From Microgenomates group bacterium GW2011_GWA2_44_7 (GTDB lineage: Bacteria; Patescibacteriota; Microgenomatia; GWA2-44-7): DNA of 32,890 nucleotides. The position numbers and the translations under genes are program-made. This document shows, piece after piece, positions 1 to 13,138 of this stretch (position 1 is its first letter; every line of letters starts with the position of its first letter). Where the stretch lies: NCBI GenBank assembly GCA_000999595.1, contig LCJH01000003.1:1-32890 (forward strand), read 5' to 3'. Below the pieces are notes generated by a model, which was not told where the DNA came from, did no database searches, and saw only the letters and a list, made by a program, of their open reading frames with translations.

Positions 1-127
1 GGTGGTACTAACCACTCACAAATTAAACTGGAAACCACCGCCGGATCATCCTTGGAGGAGAGACTTTAGGGGGTGACATTTCTATTTTGGAATGACAGGG
101 GCCAATTTAAAGCTGAGGGACAACTTA

Positions 128-808
128 TCAGAATGACAAAAGAAAACTAGCCAGTGCAAGTCGGATATTAACATTGGCAGCAATATGTTGCCTTGCCAGG
201 TTAACAGCCCTTATAAAAAGGGTAATCATTTTTTGTCGGTTGATATCTTTTGAAGAAAGAAGTTTCTGCTCGGCAATAAGTAATACCCGCGTAAGAAGAG
301 TCAATGTCTCCGGTTTTGAAAGCGTAATTTGATCGAGTTTGGCCAATCGTCGCTCCGGTGGGCTAAGTAAAAGATACTCCACCAAGTCAGAGTCCTGTTT
401 AAAATTAGCGTTCTCCGAAACCGTTGTCTTAGATCGAACTTGTACCTCCAAGCAACGAGAAGCCACTGTGGGTAAAAGAAAATCTTTATTAGGCGAGGTG
501 AGAATAATTCGCGTCGAGGGAAATGGCTCTTCCAGCGTTTTTAAAAGAGCATTTTGAGCCTCAAAAGTGGCTAGATTTGCCTCATATATAATGGCCAAAG
601 AGACGGAAGTCGCTAAAGGCTTGCGGGAAAGTTTGCTAACCATTTCCCTTACCTGGGCGATGGTTATCGATGGGGAAGGAACGATCATTTGCAGATCCGG
701 TTGACTCTCCAATCGATCAACCGCCACTCCAAGAAACTCCGAGGCCATTGCTTTTGCCGTCTGTCGTCTTTCTTCTTCGGTCGCACCGGTAATCAGGATG
801 GGAATCAT
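128..808 (-). CDS. holB: DNA polymerase III delta-prime subunit (short form)
   Basis: 226 aa with HolB motifs PDL, ITIAQVR, EAQNALLKTLEEP, LLPTVASRC. Confidence 0.85.
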   Translation of the reverse strand: MIPILITGATEEERRQTAKAMASEFLGVAVDRLESQPDLQMIVPSPSITIAQVREMVSKLSRKPLATSVSLAIIYEANLATFEAQNALLKTLEEPFPSTRIILTSPNKDFLLPTVASRCLEVQVRSKTTVSENANFKQDSDLVEYLLLSPPERRLAKLDQITLSKPETLTLLTRVLLIAEQKLLSSKDINRQKMITLFIRAVNLARQHIAANVNIRLALASFLLSF

Positions 809-853
809 AATTTACAATATAAAGATTACTTGACGTGAGAGGCGAGACTCCTT

Positions 854-888
854 TTCTCGCTTCTCATTTCTAACTTCTAAATTCCAGT
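854..888. repeat. Degenerate 7-bp tandem repeat (5 units) in the holB/pilB divergent intergenic region
   Basis: ttctcgc ttctcat ttctaac ttctaaa ttccagt; 855-866 can also pair with tgagaggcgaga (836-847). Confidence 0.6.
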
Positions 889-900
889 TTGCCAGTCTCA

Positions 901-929
901 TTGCATTGTACCCAAAGCTTCTTTATTAT
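901..929 (+). promoter_or_regulatory. Putative sigma70-type promoter for pilB
   Basis: TTGCAT-17 nt-TATTAT ending 9 nt before ATG 939. Confidence 0.45.
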
Positions 930-938
930 GAAAGTTAA

Positions 939-2909
939 ATGCCTGCCCCATTTGACAAAACAATTCTCCTTGGCCCGGATCGTTTCAAGAAACAAAAAAG
1001 AGACGATAATGGCGATGAAATACCTCTGCCTGTTCCCGTTCCGGTTCTACCTGCCGAAGATCTTTTGGACCAACCGGTAGAAATTGTAGAAGGACCATCA
1101 GTGCCTACCCCCCCTAGCTCTATACCTGCCGTTGCCCCCAAAGAACCATTTGCCAATTTGGACATTACCGTCCCCGATATCGAAATCGGCAACGAGGTTG
1201 ATAAGCAACCGATAAGACCATCAAATTTTATAAGCCAACTCGTTTCCATGAACGCACTGTCAGAGGAACTCGCGCAGAAAATTCAGCTAGAGAGTGCCAC
1301 CACCGGTCGATCGATTGACGATATTATTACTGAAAAAAAATTAGTTGATCAAGAAACAATCACCAAAGCCAAAGCCGCCTTTTTTAATGTTCCTTTTATT
1401 AAACTCTCGGAAATCGGCATCTCGCCAGAAGCCTTGGCCGCCATTCCAAAAGCCTTGGCCGAAAGATATAAGTTAATTCCTTTTGATATTAAGAAAGACA
1501 AAAGAGAACTCTCGGTTGCCATGGCCAATCCCTTGGATCTCCCCGCCATTGAGTTCCTGGAAAAAAAAGTCGGGATGCGAGTCCGGCCATATACCGCCGT
1601 ACCGATAGAAGTCATCGATGCCATTGCCAATAATTACGCCCAAAACCTTTCCGCCGAGGTAACGGCTGCCTTAAGAGAGACGACTCCCCAAGAAACAAAA
1701 ACGATTGACATAAAACAACTGGGTGAGGTCATCAGAGAAGCCCCCATTGCCAAGATTGTCTCGACAATACTCGAGTACGCCATTAAATCGCGTGCTTCTG
1801 ACGTTCATATTGAACCTCAAACAGATAGAGTTCGGGTACGGTATCGGATTGACGGAATTCTGCATGAGAGACTGATTCTCCCTAAAAATGTCCACGAAGC
1901 CTTGGTCTCCAGAATCAAAATTCTCGCCGGCATGAAGATTGATGAAAAAAGATTGCCCCAAGACGGTAGATTTAACTTCCGTGCCGCCGGCGAAGAAGTC
2001 GATCTTCGAGTTTCCTCCCTACCTACGGTTCTGGGCGAAAAAATTGTTATGCGGCTGCTAAAAAAATCCGGTGGCGTGCCTACCTTGTCTGATCTGGGGA
2101 TAAGAGGAAAAGCCTTAAAGAATCTTGAAGATGCGATACTGCGTCCACACGGCATCATCCTTATCTGTGGACCGACGGGTTCCGGTAAAACGACCACTCT
2201 TTACGCTATCTTATCTAAAATAAACACGACCAGAGTCAATATCGTCACCCTGGAAGATCCGGTAGAATACCAAATCTTTGGAGTAAACCAGGTCCAGGTA
2301 AATCCAACCGCCGGTTTAAATTTTGCCTCCGGGTTAAGATCCTTTCTCCGACAAGATCCGAACATCATCATGGTAGGTGAGATAAGAGATACCGAGACAT
2401 CTGACTTGGCCATACAGGCCTCGCTTACCGGCCACCTCGTCTTCTCCACTCTTCATACCAACGATGCTTCAGGCGCCTTACCGCGGCTCCTTGATTTCGG
2501 TATGGAGCCATTTTTGTTGGCTTCATCCATGACCGCCATCGTCGCCCAGCGGGTAGTCCGAAAAATATGCACCAGCTGCAAAACAGAATATGATCCGCCC
2601 GACGAGGTCATTGAAAATGCTCATAAAGTTTTGGGGTCCCTGTATCCTTCCGGGAAATCATTTAAATTAATGAGGGGAACAGGGTGCGCCGAATGCAGCG
2701 ACTCCGGATATCAAGGTCGAGTAGGCATCTTCGAGGTCATTCCGGTTACCGAGGGTGTCGGGAAACTAATCCTGGAAAGGGCATCTGCGGGTGGCATTCA
2801 GGGAAAAGCCGTCGAAGAAGGATTAGTTACCATGAAGCAAGATGGGTACTTGAAGGTAATCGAAGGAATCACTACTATAGAAGAAGTACTAAGAGTCGCC
2901 CAAGAGTAA
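939..2909 (+). CDS. pilB: Type IV pilus assembly ATPase (PilB/GspE family) with Pro-rich N-terminal extension
   Basis: ASDVHIEP, RYRIDG, PQDGR, Walker A GPTGSGKTT, TLEDPVEY, LRQDPNIIMVGEIRD, TLHTNDA, Zn sites CTSC/CAEC. Confidence 0.92.
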   Translation: MPAPFDKTILLGPDRFKKQKRDDNGDEIPLPVPVPVLPAEDLLDQPVEIVEGPSVPTPPSSIPAVAPKEPFANLDITVPDIEIGNEVDKQPIRPSNFISQLVSMNALSEELAQKIQLESATTGRSIDDIITEKKLVDQETITKAKAAFFNVPFIKLSEIGISPEALAAIPKALAERYKLIPFDIKKDKRELSVAMANPLDLPAIEFLEKKVGMRVRPYTAVPIEVIDAIANNYAQNLSAEVTAALRETTPQETKTIDIKQLGEVIREAPIAKIVSTILEYAIKSRASDVHIEPQTDRVRVRYRIDGILHERLILPKNVHEALVSRIKILAGMKIDEKRLPQDGRFNFRAAGEEVDLRVSSLPTVLGEKIVMRLLKKSGGVPTLSDLGIRGKALKNLEDAILRPHGIILICGPTGSGKTTTLYAILSKINTTRVNIVTLEDPVEYQIFGVNQVQVNPTAGLNFASGLRSFLRQDPNIIMVGEIRDTETSDLAIQASLTGHLVFSTLHTNDASGALPRLLDFGMEPFLLASSMTAIVAQRVVRKICTSCKTEYDPPDEVIENAHKVLGSLYPSGKSFKLMRGTGCAECSDSGYQGRVGIFEVIPVTEGVGKLILERASAGGIQGKAVEEGLVTMKQDGYLKVIEGITTIEEVLRVAQE

Positions 2910-2943
2910 TTAAAATCGAATTTTTTAAATATTAAAACTGCCC

Positions 2944-3999
2944 ATGGAAATTAAACAGTTACTTTCGCAAGCCATCCAAAAGAGAGCCTCTGACCTTCAT
3001 TTAGTGACAGGGATCCACCCGACTTTAAGAATAGACGGAACACTTTTCTCTTTGACCGAGCACCCAATTCTGGATGGAGTTTTGATTGAAGGTTTAATAA
3101 AAGATGTCACCAATGATGAACAAAGAGAAATATTAACTGTTAATCGCGAACTGGATTTTTCCGTCGGCTTCGGAGACCAAGCGCGATTCAGGGTGAATGC
3201 GTACTATCAAAAAAGTTCCCTGGCGGCTTCGTTTAGATGGATCCCCACCGAAATCCCCTCCGTAGATTCCTTAGGCTTGCCGCCTATCTGCCATCAATTG
3301 GCTCAGCTTAGGCAAGGATTGATTCTTTTTACCGGACCAACCGGACATGGAAAATCAACATCGATGGCGTCAATTATCGCCGAAATACTTAACAACCGAG
3401 GCGTCCACGTCGTAACCATCGAGGACCCCGTCGAGTTTACCTTTATACACTCCAAAGGCATTGTCTCCCAAAGAGAAATGCACGGGGATACCCATTCATG
3501 GGCGGTTGCCTTAAGGTCGGTGCTTCGAGAAGATCCGGACGTTGTTTTGGTGGGAGAAATGCGTGATTATGAAACTATCTCCGCCACTTTAACCATTGCC
3601 GAAACCGGTCATTTGGTTTTTGCCACGCTTCATACAAACTCCGCCGCCCAGTCAGTTGACCGTATAGTCGATGTCTTTCCTGAGCAGCAACAAGCCCAAG
3701 TAAGAATGCAGTTATCCGGTACCCTGGAAGCAATAATTTCTCAAAGATTAATGCCTCAAATAAGCGGAAGGCGCACTTTGGCCTATGAAATTATGCTAGG
3801 CACAACAGCTATAAAAACTGTGGTCCGGGAAGGCAAGACTCATCTTATTGATAATATTATTCAAACCTCCTCTGAAGCGGGAATGGCCCCCTTGGAGGTT
3901 TCGCTCGCACAACTTATTCGTGACGGGAAAATTACATACGAGACCGGTCGGGAATTTGCCATCAGGCCAGATGAACTAACGCGCTTGGTCAACCGATAG
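2944..3999 (+). CDS. pilT: Type IV pilus retraction ATPase
   Basis: ASDLHL, RFRVNAY, GPTGHGKST, TIEDPVEF, LREDPDVVLVGEMRD, ATLHTNSA, AIKTVVRE (AIRNLIRE-like). Confidence 0.93.
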   Translation: MEIKQLLSQAIQKRASDLHLVTGIHPTLRIDGTLFSLTEHPILDGVLIEGLIKDVTNDEQREILTVNRELDFSVGFGDQARFRVNAYYQKSSLAASFRWIPTEIPSVDSLGLPPICHQLAQLRQGLILFTGPTGHGKSTSMASIIAEILNNRGVHVVTIEDPVEFTFIHSKGIVSQREMHGDTHSWAVALRSVLREDPDVVLVGEMRDYETISATLTIAETGHLVFATLHTNSAAQSVDRIVDVFPEQQQAQVRMQLSGTLEAIISQRLMPQISGRRTLAYEIMLGTTAIKTVVREGKTHLIDNIIQTSSEAGMAPLEVSLAQLIRDGKITYETGREFAIRPDELTRLVNR

Positions 4000-4015
4000 T
4001 CTTCCCAACAAGGCT

Positions 4016-5227
4016 ATGACACGTTTTCGATATCAAGCAAGAGACACTAACGGCAAACTATATAAAGGTATTGTCGAGTCACAAGATAAGCATCAGGCTG
4101 CACGCATCCTCCGCGAGAAGGACCTTTATCCGGTCGGCTTAAAGGATGAAAGCGGAGGCCCTTTTCAAAAGGCGAATGAAGCCTTAACCAGAAGAGTCAA
4201 ATTCGGCGACTTAGTCCTCTTCACCCGACAATTATCAACCATGTTTACGGCCGGATTACAGTTAACGGACGCCCTGTCACTGTTGCGCCGCCAACTTTCT
4301 AGCCGTTTCGGCGAGGTAATCGCAGATTTACAAACATCGATCGAAGGCGGAAGCTCTTTATCAGACGCCATGGCCAAACATGGAGACGTCTTTACCTCTG
4401 TCTATATCGCCCTAGTAAAAACTGGCGAATCGTCAGGGCTTCTTGACGAAGTATTAACCCGTTTGGCCGATAATTTGGAGAAGGAGCAAGAATTTCGGTC
4501 AAAGGTAAAAGGGGCGATGATCTATCCCATGATCATCATTGTAGGCATGGTACTCGTAATTATTGTGATGATGGTCTTCGTTATTCCCAAAATGACACAG
4601 CTCTACCAAGATTTTGGCGCGACTTTGCCGATGCCAACCCAAATCTTAATTAACTTTTCAAACCTGATAAGTAACTTCTGGTGGCTATGGTTGCTGCTCT
4701 CCATGGGCTTTCTTTACGGCTATCAAGCCTATTACAAAACAAACACCGGCCGGCACCACCTGGATAGTTTCTACTTAAGATTGCCTATTTTGGGTGGTCT
4801 GAATAAGACCATGATTATGACGGAGTTTACTCGGACCATGAGTCTTCTTATTAGCGCCGGTGTTTCCATGATTGAGGCTTTGAATATTGTCGCTAAGGCA
4901 ATGGGAAACATCCTTTTTGAAGACGGGGTAAAATCGGCTTCTACCCAAGTGGAAAAGGGGTTCCCCCTCGCTTACGCTTTGGCTCAAACAGAAGTTTTTC
5001 CACCCATCGTCACGCAGATGGTTTCAGTGGGAGAGGAAACCGGGAAAGTTGGCGAAGTCCTGGGAAAATTATCGCGGTATTTTGAAAGTGAATCTGAAAA
5101 TTTAGTCAAGGGTCTGACCTCCGCCATTGAACCGCTGATTATTATTGTTTTAGGTGTCGGTGTCGCCTTTCTTGTAGTGGCAATTATTATGCCTATATAT
5201 AGCCTAACTTCACAGTTCAGTCCTTGA
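4016..5227 (+). CDS. pilC: Type IV pilus inner-membrane platform protein (PilC/GspF)
   Basis: FRYQARD start, FTRQLSTM, GESSGLL, AMIYP, VGEETG, IEP..II, IIMPIY; three TM segments. Confidence 0.92.
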   Translation: MTRFRYQARDTNGKLYKGIVESQDKHQAARILREKDLYPVGLKDESGGPFQKANEALTRRVKFGDLVLFTRQLSTMFTAGLQLTDALSLLRRQLSSRFGEVIADLQTSIEGGSSLSDAMAKHGDVFTSVYIALVKTGESSGLLDEVLTRLADNLEKEQEFRSKVKGAMIYPMIIIVGMVLVIIVMMVFVIPKMTQLYQDFGATLPMPTQILINFSNLISNFWWLWLLLSMGFLYGYQAYYKTNTGRHHLDSFYLRLPILGGLNKTMIMTEFTRTMSLLISAGVSMIEALNIVAKAMGNILFEDGVKSASTQVEKGFPLAYALAQTEVFPPIVTQMVSVGEETGKVGEVLGKLSRYFESESENLVKGLTSAIEPLIIIVLGVGVAFLVVAIIMPIYSLTSQFSP

Positions 5228-5337
5228 TGTAATTACCGGCTGACACCCCTACGAGACATACGAGACCTCAATCATTCGCAAAAAATTCAGTGAAAGGTAC
5301 CAAGCAAAAAAAAGTAGACCAATCCCAGTTATTTAGC

Positions 5338-5366
5338 TTGCAAAATACGCCAAGTTTACCTAAAAT
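5338..5366 (+). promoter_or_regulatory. Putative promoter upstream of gyrB
   Basis: TTGCAA-17 nt-TAAAAT. Confidence 0.5.
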
Positions 5367-5368
5367 GA

Positions 5369-7432
<2,064 letters not shown>

Positions 7433-7440
7433 TGAGATGA

Positions 7441-7468
7441 TTTAAGAATTAAGAATTATGATTTAAGA
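7441..7468. repeat. Degenerate 7-bp tandem repeat abutting the hppA start codon
   Basis: tttaaga attaaga attatga tttaaga then ATG. Confidence 0.65.
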
Positions 7469-9478
7469 ATGACTTTACAGACAATATTAATAACTAGCGG
7501 GGGAGCCGGAATCTTAGCCATCGTTTATTCTCTTTGGCAAGTAACGCGCATTATGGCGTTGCCGGCGGGCGATAAAAAGATGCAAGAAATTGCCGGCGCA
7601 ATCCTAGAAGGAGCCAACGCTTATCTTAAAAGGCAGTATATCGTCATCGCGGTGGTGGCAATTTTGGTTATGGCTATTCTCCTTTTTCTCTATAAAAGCC
7701 CCCTTGCCCCCATCTCTTTCTTAATTGGGGCTCTATTTTCGGCGGCTTCAGGAATCGTCGGGATGAGTGTTTCTGTCAGAACAAATGTCCGAACAACAGA
7801 AGCTGCCAAAAAGGGTTTGGGGCCGGCACTGGCCTTGGCTTTTAGCGGTGGCTCCATTACCGGACTGATGGTCGCAGGCTTGGCACTTCTATCGGTAAGC
7901 ATCGTGCTTCTTTTTATTCCGGGTGGCAATGAAAGACTGGCCGCTATGGGATTCGGAGCCTCACTTATATCTATCTTCGCCCGCATCGGCGGGGGAATCT
8001 TCACTAAGGCGGCTGACGTCGGGACCGATATGGTAGGAAAAATAGAAGCAGGCATCCCGGAAGACGATCCGCGAAACCCAGGCGTAATTGCCGACAATGT
8101 GGGCGATAACGTCGGTGACTGTGCCGGTATGGCGGCCGATCTATTTGAAACTTACGTGGTCACGATGGTGGCCGCCATTCTGTTGGGCAATCTTGTCCTG
8201 CCCCACTTCCCACTCGCCCAAGGCTTTCCCCTGATGATCGGTGCTTTTTCCATTGCTGCTTCAATTGTGGCCACATTCTTTGTGCGGTTAGGGAAATCCA
8301 ATAGCATTATGGGGGCTTTATATAAAGGACTTGGAGTGGCGGTTGTCTTGTCACTAATGGCTTTTTATCCTCTTACACAGATGTTGATGGCCGATAACCT
8401 AATTTATCCGTGGATAAGATTGTACTTAGCAAGTTTAATAGGGCTGGGAGTAACCGTAGCGATGGTTGCCATTACCGAATTTTACACTTCAAAACGCTAC
8501 GGCAGCGTCCAAACGATTGCCAAAGCCGGTGTCTCCGGCCACGGTACCAATATCATTGCCGGGCTGGCGGTTTCCATGAAATCAACGGCCATCCCGGTCA
8601 TCGTTATCTGTGCCGCTATCTTGGGAGCATATTCGCTGGCTAATCTCTACGGAGTGGCCATCGCCGCCGCCGCCATGCTCTCTCTAACCGGAATTGTCGT
8701 GGCCATTGACGCCTTCGGCCCCATTACCGACAACGCCGGTGGCATCGCCGAAATGGCAGGCCTACCGGAGAAAACCCGCGAAGTTACCGATGCCTTGGAT
8801 GCCGTCGGCAACACCACAAAAGCGGTAACCAAGGGCTATGCTATCGGCTCGGCCGCCTTGGCCGCTTTAGTCCTTTTTGGAGCCTATACCCAAGAAATTA
8901 GCACTAAGACAGGAAACGCTCTCAGTTTCTCTCTATCAGATCCTCTGGTCTTAGTCGGCTTATTTATCGGCGGAGCCATGCCCTACTTTTTTGGAGCGCT
9001 ACTGATGGAGTCCGTCGGTAAAGCCGCCGGCACGATAGTCGAAGAAATCAGAAGACAGTTCAGAGAAATAAAAGGTATCATGCAAGGCAAAGCCAAGCAA
9101 GAATACGGTAAGGCGGTGGAAATTGTGACCGGAGCCGCCATTAGACAAATGGTTATTCCCGCTCTGCTACCGGTGGTAATTCCGATTGTTGTCGGCTACA
9201 TTTTGGGTCCGGTCGCTCTGGGAGGAGTTCTCGTTGGTTCAATTGTTACCGGTCTATTTGTGGCCGTGAGCATGACCACCGGAGGCGCGGCCTGGGATAA
9301 CGCGAAAAAATATATCGAGGGCGGAAACCTAGGCGGAAAGGGGAGCCTGGCCCACCAAGCCGCCGTCACCGGAGACACCGTCGGTGATCCCTATAAAGAT
9401 ACCGCCGGCCCCGCAATAAACCCCATGATTAAAGTTGCCAACATCGTCGCCCTTTTGTTAACCGGTTTTATCGTCTAA
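7469..9478 (+). CDS. hppA: Membrane-bound proton-translocating pyrophosphatase, predicted K+-independent
   Basis: [49 protein letters not shown]; GNTTKA has Lys at the K+-dependence determinant. Confidence 0.93.
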   Translation: MTLQTILITSGGAGILAIVYSLWQVTRIMALPAGDKKMQEIAGAILEGANAYLKRQYIVIAVVAILVMAILLFLYKSPLAPISFLIGALFSAASGIVGMSVSVRTNVRTTEAAKKGLGPALALAFSGGSITGLMVAGLALLSVSIVLLFIPGGNERLAAMGFGASLISIFARIGGGIFTKAADVGTDMVGKIEAGIPEDDPRNPGVIADNVGDNVGDCAGMAADLFETYVVTMVAAILLGNLVLPHFPLAQGFPLMIGAFSIAASIVATFFVRLGKSNSIMGALYKGLGVAVVLSLMAFYPLTQMLMADNLIYPWIRLYLASLIGLGVTVAMVAITEFYTSKRYGSVQTIAKAGVSGHGTNIIAGLAVSMKSTAIPVIVICAAILGAYSLANLYGVAIAAAAMLSLTGIVVAIDAFGPITDNAGGIAEMAGLPEKTREVTDALDAVGNTTKAVTKGYAIGSAALAALVLFGAYTQEISTKTGNALSFSLSDPLVLVGLFIGGAMPYFFGALLMESVGKAAGTIVEEIRRQFREIKGIMQGKAKQEYGKAVEIVTGAAIRQMVIPALLPVVIPIVVGYILGPVALGGVLVGSIVTGLFVAVSMTTGGAAWDNAKKYIEGGNLGGKGSLAHQAAVTGDTVGDPYKDTAGPAINPMIKVANIVALLLTGFIV

Positions 9479-9483
9479 AAAAC

Positions 9484-10479
9484 ATGAAAGTACTAATCAC
9501 CCACGCCAACGGCTTCATGGGTAGCCACCTCATTGATCTTTTAATCACCAAAACAAATACAAAAATATATGGCTTGTTTTCCCCCAGAACTCCCACTCTC
9601 AAAAACTTTAAACATCTTAAGAACTTAAGTTCAAAAGTTACCCTGCGAGAGGCTTCTTGTCTGAACTCCCGCGCACTTCAGCAAGCGGTTAAAGAAATAA
9701 AACCGGACATCATCTACCATTTTGAGAGGTTTACCCGGCCGGGACATGCTTGGGACAAGCCAAAAGATGCCTACGATCTAAATGTTTCCGGAACCCAAAA
9801 CCTATTGGCCTCTCTGGGCGGAAATAATAAAATTCGCGTAATCATCGAGTCTTCTGCCTCAATATACGGAAATGTTTCCCAGGCAGACCTGCCGCTCAAA
9901 GAAACTTCTCCGTTTTATTTATCAGAAGTCTCAGGACCATATGAGTGGAGCGTCGCCGCTCAAGAAGCGGTTATTCGAAAATTTATCTTTGAACAAAAGT
10001 TAAATATTATAGTCGGTCGGTCCTTTAATATTGAGGGACCTCGTCGGCGGACAGGCTTTGCCACTTCGGATTTTGCTTATCAAATCGCCATGTTGGAATT
10101 CCTAAAAGATAAAAAATCAACCATTAAAGTCGGCAATTTGGCCGCCAGACGAGATTGGACCGACGTCCGAGATGCGGTCAAGGCTTATTATCTCCTTTCT
10201 CATAAGGGCAAGTCCGGTGAAGTATATAACGTCGGGTCCGGAGTCATTAAGTCAATCAATGATGTTCTAACCACACTACTCAGTTATTCAAACATCACCA
10301 ACTACCAGATTACCCAGGACCCAAAGCTTGGCCGCCCGGTAGATATCCCCATGCTCCAAGCAGACGATTCTAAACTAAAAAGTACCACCGGCTGGAAACC
10401 GACCATCGCTTTCGGTCAAATGATGGAAGATATTTTGGAGGATTGGCGAGAAAGGGTCAAAATAGCTGAATATGACTGA
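9484..10479 (+). CDS. Extended SDR, NDP-sugar epimerase/dehydratase/reductase-like (Gmd/Rmd-like), with atypical motifs
   Basis: [64 protein letters not shown]. Confidence 0.8.
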   Translation: MKVLITHANGFMGSHLIDLLITKTNTKIYGLFSPRTPTLKNFKHLKNLSSKVTLREASCLNSRALQQAVKEIKPDIIYHFERFTRPGHAWDKPKDAYDLNVSGTQNLLASLGGNNKIRVIIESSASIYGNVSQADLPLKETSPFYLSEVSGPYEWSVAAQEAVIRKFIFEQKLNIIVGRSFNIEGPRRRTGFATSDFAYQIAMLEFLKDKKSTIKVGNLAARRDWTDVRDAVKAYYLLSHKGKSGEVYNVGSGVIKSINDVLTTLLSYSNITNYQITQDPKLGRPVDIPMLQADDSKLKSTTGWKPTIAFGQMMEDILEDWRERVKIAEYD

Positions 10480-13025
10480 AGAAAATCCAGGCAATCCCAT
10501 CGGCAAAGTCAACCAGGTAGAGATAACGGCAGAAATTGAGAAGTCGTTTTTGGACTATGCGATGTCGGTAATTGTCCAACGAGCCCTCCCCGATGTTCGA
10601 GACGGATTAAAGCCTGTCCATCGGCGAATTTTGTATGCCATGGAGCAGATGTCACTCCATCACAGCGGCAAATATACAAAATCGGCCAAGGTGGTCGGAG
10701 AAGTTTTGGGAAAGTATCATCCACACGGAGACATCCCCGTCTATGATGCTCTCGTCCGACTGGCTCAGGACTTCTCGATGCGCTACATGCTGGTGGATGG
10801 TCAAGGAAACTTTGGCTCGGTTGATGGTGACAGTCCCGCCGCCATGAGGTACACGGAGGTCAGATTAGCCGCAATTTCCGAGGAAATATTGGCCGATATA
10901 AATAAAGAAACTGTTGATACGACCGCAAACTTTGACAACACCCTAAATGAACCTACCTATCTGCCTTCAAAACTGCCGAATCTCTTACTTATGGGCTCAG
11001 AGGGTATCGCCGTCGGCTTGGCCACCAAAATTCCACCGCACAATTTAACCGAGGTTATAGACGCGGTCTCATATGCCATTGGGCACGGTAAGGCCATAAT
11101 CAATAAACACCAAGAGGAATCAACATCAACCGAAACTGTCAAAGATGTCTTTGACATCCCGAAAATAAGCTTTGAAGGCAAAGACACAAAAAAGCTGGAT
11201 TTAGTCACTCCGACAGAAGTAAGTTTTGAATCCGAGGCAACCGTGGACGACCTCGTTCAATTTATTAAGGGACCCGATTTCCCAACCGGAGGAGCCATTT
11301 ATGACGCCAATCAAATAAAGGAAGTTTATGCGACCGGCCGGGGCAGAATTGTCATGAGAGGCAAAGCAGAAATTGAAGAGGGTAAAGGAGGAAAGTCACA
11401 AATAATTATCTCGGAAATTCCATATCAGGTAAATAAAGCGGAAATGGTAGCCAGAATCGCCCAGCTGGTCAAAGATAAAAAAGTCGAAGGGATATCAGAT
11501 CTAAGAGACGAATCAGACCGAGAAGGCATCAGAGTAGTGGTAGAGTTAAAACGCGACGCCAGACCCAAATCTGTTTTAAACAACCTTTACAAACATACCG
11601 CTCTTCAGACAACATTCCCGGCAAACTTTGTCGCTCTGGTTGACCAGACACCCCAAACATTGACCCTAAAACAGATGATTGTGGAGTTTGTCAAACACCG
11701 ACAACAAGTAGTTGTCCGCCGGTCAATTTATGACTTAAAGCAAAACCGAGCCAGGGCCCGAACTTCAATCAGTAGCCATCTTGGATATGCAGCTAAGGCG
11801 TTTGGCCGCACTGGAAAGACAAAAAATTGAAGACGAATATAAAGCGGTGATGAAGGTGATCGCCTTTTTAGAAGATCTACTTAAACATCCTGAAAAAATC
11901 TTGGTTGCAGTTGGCGACGAGCTCTCGGAACTGAAACAAAAATATGGCGATGAGCGCCGAACCAAAGTCTACAAATCTCCTATCGGCGAATTTTCCGAAG
12001 AAGATCTCGTCCCGCTTGAGGAAACAATCATCACCATCACCGGCACCGGTTATATCAAGCGGCAAAACCCTTCGGTTTTTAAGGCACAACATCGAGGGGG
12101 CAAGGGAGTGATGGGCATGGAAACCAAAGAAGAAGACGAAATTGCCCACCTGGTTGCGGGAACGACCCACGATGACCTTTTCTTTTTAACCTCCAAGGGT
12201 CGAATTTTTAAGGTAAAAACTTGGGAATTACCGGAAGGGAGCAGACAGTCAAAGGGTCAAGCCTTAGTAAATTTAATTAACACCGAGCAAGACGAAACGG
12301 TTCAATCGGTTTTGGCAATCAACCCTAAGCAACACGAAGGCCAGAAATATTTACTACTAGTAACCAGAAAAGGAACGGTTAAAAAGTCCGCTATTGCTGA
12401 TTATGAAAACATACGTACTTCGGGACTGATTGCGATTAAACTGGAAGCGGGTGACGAGCTGGTCTGGGCAAGGACAACTTCAGGCGAAGATGACATTCTC
12501 CTGGCAACCCATGAGGGCAAGTCAATCAAGTTTAAAGAAAAAGATGTCCGGCCAACCGGCAGAGATACGATGGGTGTAAGGGGAATCCTTTTGGGCAAAG
12601 AAGACTACGTTATCGGCATGGAGTCATTCCCACCAAAAATGACGGTGCCGGAGGATAAACGGAAGAAAGTTTTTAGAGACATTCTCGTGGTGATGGAGAA
12701 GGGAATCGGAAAAAGGACACCGATTGGCCAGTTCCCGGTTCAGAACCGAGGTGGCCAGGGGGTGAAAGTTGCTCAAGTAACGCCAAAGACAGGAAAGGTA
12801 GTTGCGCTGCAGATGGTCGATCAGACATATGATGAAGTCGTCTTAACAAGTAGAAACGCCCAAGTAATTAAGCTTCCTTTAAGGAATATTCCCGAGCTTT
12901 CGCGAGCCACCCAAGGGGTAATTTTAATGCGTTTCCAAAGTAAAGATGATAGCGTGGCGGCGGTAACCTGTCTTTTACGAGAAGGCGGGGAGGAAGAGAC
13001 AACGGAGACGGTGAAGAGTAAGTAG
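10472..13025 (+). pseudogene. gyrA: DNA gyrase subunit A, split in two frames by an apparent internal deletion near 11758 (possibly an assembly error)
   Basis: ORF 10472-11830 has [18 protein letters not shown], catalytic AAMRYTE; the frame ending at 13025 has [15 protein letters not shown], GyrA-box QHRGGKG and beta-pinwheel repeats. Confidence 0.9.
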
Positions 13026-13138
13026 GATTAAAGATCTTAGGAATTAGGAGAACAGGATTACAGGATAACAGTCCAGGATTGTTTTTTGAAAAGAAGACAA
13101 CATCGGAGTAGGACAAGATCGTGTGTTTGAAAAACGAG

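Noticed and set aside
11755-11830. Programmed frameshift, intron or naturally split gyrA
   Set aside because: Conserved sequence is missing, not inserted; no slippery site; frameshifting would not restore the lost residues
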